Positions 12,201 through 21,436 of a DNA stretch of 64,000 nucleotides are shown here, in pieces. The notes under the pieces are model-generated. The model did not search any database, was not told the origin of the DNA, and saw nothing but the letters and a program-made list of their open reading frames with translations. A program made the translations under genes and the position numbers. The number at the start of each line of letters is the position of its first letter. Positions within the stretch are counted from its first letter, which is position 1. Origin of the DNA: Thecamonas trahens ATCC 50062 (lineage: Eukaryota > Protista > Apusomonadida); contig NW_013657609.1 in assembly GCF_000142905.1 (NCBI RefSeq), forward strand, positions 65,305-129,304, in the 5' to 3' direction.

Positions 12201-15156
12201 TGATGCGGTGCTGGCCTTTGGGGGCAACTCGAGGGTGGTTGGCAACTCTGCGCTTTCTGGCAGTGGCGGCGGGGTGCTGGTGGCCAATGAGGCGGCGCGC
12301 GCATCGGTGACGGTGGTTGGCACCGAGATGTCGGGCAACACGGCCGGGGTGGCCGGCGGAGGGCTGGCCGCGTTTGCCGCGGCCGGCACGGGCGTGACCA
12401 TCGGCGCAGGAACGATTGTGACGGGCAACTCGGCCGGAGCCGGCGGCGGAGTGGCGGCGCTGGCCGACTCGTACCTGCTGCCACGGACGACGCCACTGGC
12501 GGCGTCAGCTCTGGCACGAGCGCCAAGCGTTCCGCTGCTGGCTTCGCCGGTGGTGACCTTTGGCGCCGGCTCGACGCTTGGGAGCAACACGGCGGCGTAC
12601 GGTGGAGCCTTTTTCGTGTGCAAGGCCAAAATCGATGCGTCGGCAGCTGGGCTGAGCGGCGGAAGCAGCGCAAGCATCGGAGGCGGCCACGTGTTTGTGT
12701 GTCTCGACTCGAGCGGGAGCGCGCCGGTGCAGGGCACATGGCTTGTTGACGTGAGCGGCGGGGCAGGTGCCGGCGCGGCGGGCGGGTACGGGCCGGCGCG
12801 GGCGAGTCCGCCGGCTGCGATCAGCTTGGAGCCTGCGGTGCGGGAAGCAGTCTCGGGGCTTGCGCTCGGCTCGGGCGCGGTGCAGGCGAGCGATGGATAC
12901 GGGCAGCTTGTGCGTGATGGGCGGCTGGTGCTGCGTGTGCTTGATCCTGCGCTCGCAGGAGTGGCGGTGTCCGGGATGGAGCTCGGGGTTGTGTTTTCGG
13001 CAGCAACAGGCGAGGCGTCTGTGGCGCTGCTTGCGGCACTGGGCGCGGCGGAACAGCTGCCTGCGAGCGTCACACTGACGCTTGCCATCTCTGCGCCTGT
13101 GGGCACGCCTGCGGCGTCGACAGCGCTGCAGCTCGAGTTGGGGCTCTGCCCACCAGGCTTTGGAGCCAACGGGCTCGCGCCACTTGCAGACCAGTATCTG
13201 GTGTGCTCAGTGTGTGACGAGGGGTCATACTCGCCCGAGGCGTCCGATGCGCCGTGCGTGGCTGTGCCAGCATGCCCGGCGCGGTCGCTGCGGCGGGCGG
13301 CGCCGAACGCGACGGGGCTGGAGTCGTGCGAGTGCGAGGCCGGATCGTGGTCGCCCGAGGTCGAGCTGACGCGTCCGTGCACGCCGTGCCCTCTGGGCGG
13401 GATCTGCGCCGGCGGGCGCGCGACGCCTGTGGCGGCGCCCGGGTTTGTGCCCGGGCCGGACGCGGTGGACCAGTTCCTCTCGTGCCCGACAGCCGAGGCG
13501 TGTACCGGCGGTGGGCAGTGCGCGGCAGGATACACGACGCGGCTGTGCGCGAGCTGCGCGTCGGGCTACTATCGGCTGGGAACCAAGTGCCGCAAATGCA
13601 ACAACGCGCGGCAGGGCCTCCTGGTGACGCTCATTGTGATACTTGTTCTTGTTGTTCTCGGTGCGCTGCTCGGGTTCAACCTCGCCGAGTCGCTGACGTA
13701 CAAGTTTGTGGCGGCGATGATTGGGCTCAACGCACTGCAGATCTGCGCCATGTACGGCGAGCTGGACCTGGACTGGGGCGCTTTCGGGCGGGCGTTTTTC
13801 AACGTGGCGTCGAGCCTCAACCTCAACATGGAGCTGACGTCGCCCGAGTGCGCGGCGGCCAAGGGCATTGACATTTGGGTGCTCAAGCTTGTGCTCACGC
13901 TTTTGCTGCCTGTGCTTGCGGCGGGCGGGCTTGCGCTGATTGCCGGCGGCGTGTTCTACCCACTCATTGTGGTGGACGCGCCGTGGTTTGGCAGCAAGTC
14001 TGTGAGTCTCTTGGTGTCTGCGCTATGGCGGACGCTGTTCCAGGTCATGGTCCTGCTGTATCTGCCGCTTGTGGACGCGTCGTTCTCTGTGTTTGGATGC
14101 GGGCGTGACGAGGCCGGGCGGTGGTATGTTGCGGCGGATCCTTCGCGGAGCTGCTACAATGCGGCGTGGTGGGGCCTGTTCCCGATTGGGCTCTTGGGCA
14201 TTGCCAGTTATGCGGTGGCGGTGCCTGTGGCGACAGTGATGCTGCTGCGGGCACGGCGGAAGGCACTCGACGAGGTGGCGTACGTGCTCAAGTACGGGTT
14301 CCTTGTGGCGCGGTTTGTGGACGAGTGCTGGTGGTACGAGGCGGCGATCATGGGGCGCAAGCTTGCGGTGGTAGTGGCCATGACCTTTATGTTCTCTGCT
14401 GACGGCAAGGCGTCTGCTGGCGTTGTGGTTCTCATTCTCTCGCTCATCCAGCTTGCGGTGACCAAGCCGTACCGTTCTGCGTTGCACAACGTGGTGGCGA
14501 TTGTGGCGCTGACAGCGGTGACGCTTGTTCTCGAGTCGGGCACCTTTGACGACAAAGGCCTTCGGCAGACTGGCGTCAATCTCGGCATCGTGGTCATCAT
14601 CGGCGTCATTCTTGTTGGCAACGGGCTCGACTTTTGGCGGCTGACCCGCGACGAGAAGGATGTCGACCAAGAGATGGTCATGGCGGAGGAGAGCGGCGAT
14701 GAGATGATGATGACGTCGATGGGCGATGTGCGGGTGGAGGACAAGCTCGATTCGGTGTGCGAGCTGCAGTCTGCGGCAATGGCGCAGCAGGCCTCACTCG
14801 GCTTTTCGTCCAACGGCATGACATCGACGGCGATGCTGGACACGGCCAACGACTCGCTGGCAGCGGTGCCGACGCCGACGGCGCTCAACTCGAGCATGCC
14901 GACGATGGTGTACTCGGCGTCGTCGTCCGAGTTTACCCCCAACGGGCTCGCGTCGAGGTCGCAGCCTGTTGTGCCTGCGCCGCCCCCGTCGCCGATGTCA
15001 CCCACCGCCGCTACGCCGGTGCCGCCGATACCACCTGCGCGGCCGCCGGCCAAGCCCGTGCGGCCAACCCGTGCGGCTGTACAGCCACCTGTGAGGCCTG
15101 CGCGACCGGCGGTGGCGCCCAAGCCAAACATAGGCAGCGTGGAGGAGATAGTGTAA
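9275..15156 (+). CDS. Giant cell-surface protein: signal peptide, FG-GAP/VCBS Ca-binding repeats, GGA-type beta-helix, Cys-rich region, multi-pass TM domain, Pro-rich tail; apparent frameshift at ~9483
   Basis: About 12 GDxDxDGxxD motifs. Repeated GGAV/N-A-GG motifs. CPxGGIC.GG/CA.GY..RLCA.C..GYY. Several hydrophobic helices, YGFL...WWYE..RKL. The upstream ORF 9275-9508 supplies the signal peptide. Confidence 0.85.
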
Positions 15157-15179
15157 AAGCATGCCAAGGGCGAGTGCCA

Positions 15180-16025
15180 TCACTGGATGGAGCACTTTTT
15201 GTCGTCGTCAGCAGGAGCGACCGGCTTCTTGTCGCGGCCCCTTGCCGCCCGCTGCTTGGCCAGGAGCTCCTTCTCGAGAGCCAGGCCGGCCTTTTCCCTC
15301 GCACGGGCCTTGTAGTACATCTGCTCCGGAGTGAGGCCGGCGTCCGAGTCGTCGTCCGAGTCGTCGTCCGAGACATCGCTATCGTAGTCCGAGTACGAGA
15401 TCGATGCCGAGTACGAGGCGCTTGACGACGAGTGCTGCTGCTGCTGCTCCTTCTTCTTCCTCTTCATGCGCTTCTCCTTGCGCCTCTTGTGGTTGCGCTT
15501 CCCCTTCCCGATCTGCGGCGGGCGAGCGCTCACTCCTGGCGATTGCAGGCGGCCGGCAGCATCCACGACGGGCAGGGCGTCCAGAGCGGTCAAAGCAGCA
15601 TGTGGATCATGCGTAGCGACCTGCATATCCGGATGAGCAACCGGAGTGCGAGCATCTCCCGCAGCGGCAGCCTTGAGCCTCTCCAGCCTCTGAGCCATGG
15701 CGTAGGCACTGGCACGCTCATAGGCATCACCAGCCTCTTCATCGGCATGGATCTCATCAGCAATCTGCTCGAGAAGCGCATCGGCAGCTTGGTCATCGTC
15801 AGCTTCCAATGCCAGAACATCAGCATCAGCCCACGGTCGGCTACCACCACCACCACCACCATGTGCGCGAGGCAGAGGAGGACCACCGGCAAGAGCGGCA
15901 AAGCGAGCAGCGAGGTCATGGTCGGCATGATGAGCATTGTGTGAGAGTACGCCCTGTTCGAGAGCAACAGCCTCGGCGGTCTGGCGGAGGAGTCGTTCGA
16001 CTTCGTCTTCGTCTGGGAGGGACAT
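15180..16025 (-). CDS. Hypothetical protein with acidic helices, Lys-rich patch and C-terminal CaaX (KKCSIQ)
   Basis: 281-aa ORF with ATG; motifs LAARFAAL, AQRLERLK, DALLEQIADEI; converges on the neighbouring gene. Confidence 0.65.
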   Translation of the reverse strand: MSLPDEDEVERLLRQTAEAVALEQGVLSHNAHHADHDLAARFAALAGGPPLPRAHGGGGGGSRPWADADVLALEADDDQAADALLEQIADEIHADEEAGDAYERASAYAMAQRLERLKAAAAGDARTPVAHPDMQVATHDPHAALTALDALPVVDAAGRLQSPGVSARPPQIGKGKRNHKRRKEKRMKRKKKEQQQQHSSSSASYSASISYSDYDSDVSDDDSDDDSDAGLTPEQMYYKARAREKAGLALEKELLAKQRAARGRDKKPVAPADDDKKCSIQ

Positions 16026-16033
16026 GAGGGAGG

Positions 16034-16390
16034 GTGATCATGATGGGGATGATTGTTGATGGTGGTGAGTGTGGTCATGGTGATCATGATGGGGATGATT
16101 GTTGATGGTGGTGAGTGTGGTCATGGTGATCATGATGGGGATGATTGTTGATGGTGGTGAGTGTGGTCATGGTGATCATGATGGGGATGATTGTTGATGG
16201 TGGTGAGTGTGGTCATGGTGATCATGATGGGGATGATTGTTGATGGTGGTGAGTGTGGTCATGGTGATCATGATGGGGATGATTGTTGATGGTGGTGAGT
16301 GTGGTCATGGTGATCATGATGGGGATGATTGCTGATGGTGGTGAGTGTGGTCATGGTGATCATGATGGGGATGATTGCTGATGGTGGTGA
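16034..16390. repeat. 46-bp tandem repeat x~8 between divergent genes
   Basis: gtgatcatgatggggatgattgttgatggtggtgagtgtggtcatg at 16034, 16080, 16126 and onward. Confidence 0.92.
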
Positions 16391-16567
16391 ACATGATGAT
16401 GGTGATCGCGCTCATGGTGACGATGATGGTGATCGTGCTCGTAATGGCCATGTTGGTGATCGTGCTCATGGTGTAGCCGCCATGGCCATGGCATCTTCGC
16501 CTCTGGCTGGTGCAGGAGAGGGAGAGTCCGAGACACACTTGTCTTGAGGCCCTCCTTTCCTCGTCCG

Positions 16568-17371
16568 ATGTCATCAGGAGCTGTTCTTGAGGCATGTGTT
16601 GACTGTCCGGCATCTGCGCGAGCTGCCATCGCCGGCAGAGTCAACTCGATCGAGCTGTGCGCAGGGCTAGCCACGGGCGGGGTGACGCCGTCGCTGGGCC
16701 TGATCCGAGCCGTGGCGTGCATGGCGGCAGCGGCCACTCCGCCGGTCCCAATCACTGTTCTCGTTCGTCTCCGTGACGGCGATTTTGTCTACTCGCCCGA
16801 CGACATCGCTGTCATGGTTGACGACATCGCCGCTATCGGCAGCCTCGCTGCCGATCTCCCTCCTGGCGCCATTGCCGGCGTCGCCATCGGCGCACTCGCT
16901 CCCGACGGCACCGCCGACCTAGTGGCCACTGCAGCCATGGCCAGGGCTGCCCAGGAAGCTGGTCTGGCCATCACCCTCCATCGCGCCTTTGACGCCGCCA
17001 TCGATCCCGTGGCTGCCTACCTCGCCGTCGTCGATCATCTCGCCGGCGCCGTCTCCCGCGTCCTCACCTCGGGCGGGGCGGCGACGGCGGCAGCAGGCAC
17101 AGACGCGCTGCACCAGCTCCTCGCCGGGCTTGCAAGCACCACGCACGGGCAGGCGGTGACGGTTGTCGCCGCGGCGGGGCTCTCGCCGACGTCCGCCTCA
17201 GGCGTCCTCGCAGCAGGCGCCCACGGCGTCCACGGCTCGTTCTCGACAATCGTCGTCCGAGCCGACGACGAGGCGGCGGTGGCAGGCGAGGCCATCGGCT
17301 TTGGTCGCGGGCATAGAGAGACCGATGCGGAGGTGGTGGCTGCTGTGGCAGACGTGATGGCCTTGTCGTAG
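16568..17371 (+). CDS. CUTC: Copper homeostasis protein CutC
   Basis: LEACVD, IELCAGLATGGVTPSLGL, VRLRDGDFVYS, TLHRAFD, RVLTSGG. Confidence 0.93.
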   Translation: MSSGAVLEACVDCPASARAAIAGRVNSIELCAGLATGGVTPSLGLIRAVACMAAAATPPVPITVLVRLRDGDFVYSPDDIAVMVDDIAAIGSLAADLPPGAIAGVAIGALAPDGTADLVATAAMARAAQEAGLAITLHRAFDAAIDPVAAYLAVVDHLAGAVSRVLTSGGAATAAAGTDALHQLLAGLASTTHGQAVTVVAAAGLSPTSASGVLAAGAHGVHGSFSTIVVRADDEAAVAGEAIGFGRGHRETDAEVVAAVADVMALS

Positions 17372-17419
17372 GGGGATGGGCTGTGCGCATGGAGTCCTCG
17401 ATCGCGCCTTCCGTAGCGA

Positions 17420-17650
17420 CGATGGCCATGATGATGACTCTCACCATGATAACCATGATGACCATGATGGCGATGGCTATGATGATGATGACCATGATGA
17501 CCATGATGGCGATGACTATGTTGACTCTCACCATGATAACCATGATGACCATGATGGCGATGGCTATGATGATGATGACCATGATGACCATGATGACCAT
17601 GACTCTGACCATGACTCTGACCATGACTCTGACTCTGACTCTCACCATGC
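17420..17650. repeat. GAT/CAT-rich low-complexity repeat with internal duplication
   Basis: gactctcaccatgataaccatgatgaccatgatggcgatggctatgatg occurs twice, followed by (gactct)/(gaccat) units. Confidence 0.85.
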
Positions 17651-17826
17651 TAGCCATATCAGCCATGCTGACCCCCTTGGCCCCCCTCCCCCTCCCCCCG
17701 ACCAATGCCCAAGTCAGGCACCGACCCCCCTCCCTCCCTCCCCCCTCCCCCCCCTCCCTCCCTCCCTGCCCCTCCCTCCCCTCACCGCGACAGAGGTTAC
17801 ACTCGTCTCGTCGCCGTGGTTGAGTC

Positions 17827-19663
17827 ATGGCGGAGGGCAAGGAGGAGAAGCTATTCAAGGTACGGAAGGGGAAGGGGAGGAGGGGAGGGGGAGGGGTCGG
17901 TCGGTGTGTGTGTGTGGGTNNNNNNNNNNNNNNNNNNNNNNNNNNNNNNNNNNNNNNNNNNNNNNNNNNNNNNNNNNNNNNNNNNNNNNNNNNNNNNNNN
18001 NNNNNNNNNNNNNNNNNNNNNNNNNNNNNNNNNNNNNNNNNNNNNNNNNNNNNNNNNNNNNNNNNNNNNNNNNNNNNNNNNNNNNNNNNNNNNNNNNNNN
18101 NNNNNNNNNNNNNNNNNNNNNNNNNNNNNNNNNNNNNNNNNNNNNNNNNNNNNNNNNNNNNNNNNNNNNNNNNNNNNNNNNNNNNNNNNNNNNNNNNNNN
18201 NNNNNNNNNNNNNNNNNNNNNNNNNNNNNNNNNNNNNNNNNNNNNNNNNNNNNNNNNNNNNNNNNNNNNNNNNNNNNNNNNNNNNNNNNNNNNNNNNNNN
18301 NNNNNNNNNNNNNNNNNNNNNNNNNNNNNNNNGGGGGGGGGGGGTGGGGAGGGGGGGGGGGGGGGGGGGTGGAGGAAGGGGTTGAGGGGACGGGCAAGCG
18401 GTGACGATGATGACAGGGACAAGGGTCGGCAAGGGAATGGCCTTGGTCGGATGGACTTGGTCGGACACGGTCATGTTGTCGGAAGTGTCGGGATGGGGGT
18501 CCAAGGCGTTATGCGGTGGTGGTGGTGGCATGGGCGGAGTGATGCATGCCTGAGCCATGGCGATGGCACGTGCGACCGGAGTAAGACCCGGCCGGAGCAA
18601 GGCGCGGCCTGGGCGATGGCAGGTGTAGTCGAAGCAAGACCCGGCCGGAGCAAGGCGCGGCCTGGGCGATGGCAGGTGTAGTCGGAGCAAGACCCGGCCG
18701 GAGCAAGGCGCGGCCTGGCCTGGGCGATGGCAGGTGTAGTCGGAGCAAGGCGTGGCCGAAGCAAGCAAGGTGCGGCCGGAGCAAGGCGCGGTCATGTTCA
18801 TTCAGCAGGCGCTTCGATCTTGTCTCCGAGGCGGCTTTGAGCGATCACGAAGGTCGTGAGCGGAGGGTTAGAGGCGGAGGAGGCATGGCGGGGCTTGGTC
18901 GCTTTGTGGCGAAGAGCACTCACAGCATTGGACACGGGAGGGGGGGACAGGTAATCGTCTGTGGAGACTATGCGGTGGGCAAGACTTCGCTCATCAGGCG
19001 GTACTGCGAGAACACGTTCTCGCCCAACTACAAGCTGGTACGCGCAGAGAGAGAGAGAGAGAGGAGGAAGGAGGGGAGGGGGGAGAGGGCGAGGCTCACG
19101 AGGGGAGTACCATGCAGACGATTGGAGTCGACTTTTCGGTCAAGGCACTCGAGCGCGATGAGACGACGGTCAAGCTGCAGATCTGGGACATTGCCGGGCA
19201 CGAGCGGTTTGGCTGCATGACGCATGCGTACTACAAGCACTGCATTGCGGCGGTGGTGGTGTACGACGTGACTCGCGATGCCACCTTTGACTCGGTCATC
19301 AAGTGGAAGCGCGACATCAACTCCAAGGTCGTTCTTGCCAACGGCGAGCCTGTGCCCACGCTTTTGCTGGCGAACAAGGCCGACTCGGGCTCGGTCCCGT
19401 CGCCGACCGAGCTCGACGACTACTGCGCCGCGAACGGGTTCATCGGATGGTTCGCTACGTCGGCGCGCGAGAACATCGGAATCACAGAGGCCATGGACAC
19501 CCTGACAACCCACATCCTGCGCGTCGCCGAGTCGAACATCCCGCGCGAGACCGCCACAGGCATCGTCTCGCTCGTCGGCGCTCCGCCCAATTCAGGCGGC
19601 GCCGTCCCGGACTCGGGCGCGAGCTCGTCCGACGGCTCCAAGAAGTGTGCTTGCTCGTTCTAG
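17827..19663 (+). CDS. RAB32: Rab32/38-family GTPase; exons 17827-17859, 18951-19037, 19118-19663
   Basis: KLFK|VIVCGDYAVGKTS, YKL|TIGVDF, family-diagnostic WDIAG, WKRDINSKV.L.NG.PVP.LLLANK.D, GWFATSA, C-terminal CACSF. Both introns are GT-AG, phase 0. Confidence 0.9.
18575..18790. repeat. 53-bp GC-rich tandem repeat x~4 in Rab32 intron 1
   Basis: gtcggagcaagacccggccggagcaaggcgcggcctgggcgatggcaggtgta; period 53 (18621 vs 18674). Confidence 0.88.
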
Positions 19664-19787
19664 CCGGAACTACTCGAGATAAACCCAAAACAGGCGAAAG
19701 AGAACACCAAGGATGTGCGTGTGTGTGTGTGGGTGGGGGGGGGGGGGGGGGGTCGCGTTCATTGGTGACCGCTGACAGCGCCATCTC

Positions 19788-21436
19788 TCACGACTTCTTG
19801 CGAGCAATGAGAACAATGACCATGGCAACGATCATGACGATGAGCAAGAGGATGATGAGCTTGGAGCGGTACTTTTTGTGGTACTCGTTACCCTTGGCGA
19901 GCTGCTTGACTGCCGACTCGGTGTGCTGCACCACCTGCTCCACATTGTAGTCGATCTGGTCCAGCAGCGTGCCTTGCTCGATGACCAGCAGCGACATGTC
20001 CTTGAACATCTCGGCCAGGTCGACAATCGACCGATAGATGTTCTGGATCTCCGCAGACCGCTCTTGGATCAGCGCGTCCGAGTCTGCCACAACCTGCTCC
20101 TGCTCAAAAGAAAAGCCCGAGTCGACGTAGCCCGAGTAGTCAGGGAACATGTCGTCGTCGTCGCCGCCAGCGCCGCCGACACCTGCGCCGGCTGCTGACG
20201 ACGCCCCGGCACCGCCGGCGCCCGCTGGCCGCCGCGAGAGGCCAAAATCGTCCAGTCCACCCTTGGTCCGCTCCTCGCGGGACTTCATCCGCGCCAGATA
20301 CTTCTCCTGCGACTTGCGGAACTTGCCCATGAGGTCCTGCAGCTGCAGCGCATACGCCGATGTCAGGTTGCGCTTGATTTTCACCTCCTGCCCGGTCTCC
20401 TTGGAGAGCGGGTCCGGGTCGCCGAGGTGCTTCACCTTGGTCTTTGCCGACGAGAACAGACGCGTGATCTCAGAGGTCACAGCCTCAATCTCGTGCGCGT
20501 CTGCATCGCCCTCAGGGCCCGCCGAAATCGCCACTTGCGACAAGTGCTTGGAGTGGAGTCGTGCCAGATGTGCCACTGTGTGTAGGGAAGGAGCGTGAGT
20601 AAGAGTGACGGCGGGAGCCCGTGCATGTGACTCCAGCATCGCCAGCCACTAGCCGCGCTACAGTAGCTCGGATAGGTGCGCAATGGCTTATAGCAGAGGT
20701 ACACGAGTCTATGTGCTCCTCGCCTTTGCCCGCCACGAAGAGACCGATCGCATGTCACGGGCACAAAGGTGAGCCCACGCTCGACCATCGCTCCTGGCAT
20801 ACCCGACTTGCGCGTTCATGCAAGCGACACCAGATCCCCCCATCGACCGACCACCACCACACGCAGCCATGGACCAAGCAGCTTCAGCCCATGGCGCATC
20901 TCAGCAGAGAGAATGATCAACTCGTCCAAGCACTGTTTGAGGCGGAGAGCAACGACGATGACAATGATGACGGAACAATTGGCGATGATGATGGTGACGA
21001 TGGTGACGATGGTGACGATGGTGACGATGGTGACGATACTGCTTGCCGTTGATGGTGACGATGGTGACGATGGTGACGATACTGCTTGCCGTTGAAGGCA
21101 ACCGATCACATGTGCGATCTGAAGACGGACAGCGCGCGGGCGGCCGGGTAGCAGCGGAACGGAGGGACACGGGGGGGAGGGGGGGGGAAGGGGGAGAGGG
21201 GGGAGAGGGGGTACGTACTACGATGGTTGATCTGTGTGACGATGTCATCGATGTCTTGGGTGTGCTCCACCCACTGCGGAGGAATATCCAGTGCGACAGC
21301 ACCTATGACAGGGGACGGGGTGGTCGTCGCGTGCGTGTGTGTGTGTGTGTGTGGGGGGGGGGGGGGCGAAAGAGCGACCTGGTTCACCATCTGTCTCTGT
21401 CCCTCGCCCAATGTCGCTTCGGCTGCGCGAGTTCAT
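19788..21436 (-). CDS. STX16: Syntaxin 16 / Tlg2 (Qa-SNARE); exons 21436-21379 (tentative), 21302-21219, 20575-19788
   Basis: IPPQWVE, LHSKHL, EIEAVTSEITRLF, LQDLMGKFRKSQEKYL, SNARE motif ERSAEIQNIYRSIVDLAEMFKDMSLLVIEQGTLLDQIDYNVE, C-terminal TM. First exon uncertain; an alternative start at 21390 needs no intron. Confidence 0.88.

Noticed and set aside
10570-13535. Long antisense ORFs opposite real genes
   Set aside because: Shadow ORFs expected from high GC3 codon bias
16034-16390. CRISPR-like array from regular 46-bp (also 53-bp at 18575 and 30-bp at 5281) repeats
   Set aside because: Units are head-to-tail with no unique spacers, there are no cas genes, and the context is eukaryotic
20572-20830. 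Cobalamin-box-like GCCACTG...GGGAAGG and TPP-like ATACC...AGCG strings
   Set aside because: Antisense to the host gene, partly exonic, and other core motifs (CTGAGA, B12 core) are missing
20891-21052. Nested + strand ORF MAHLSRENDQLVQALFEAES... in the STX16 intron
   Set aside because: Short, runs into a GAT/GGT repeat, no recognisable domain
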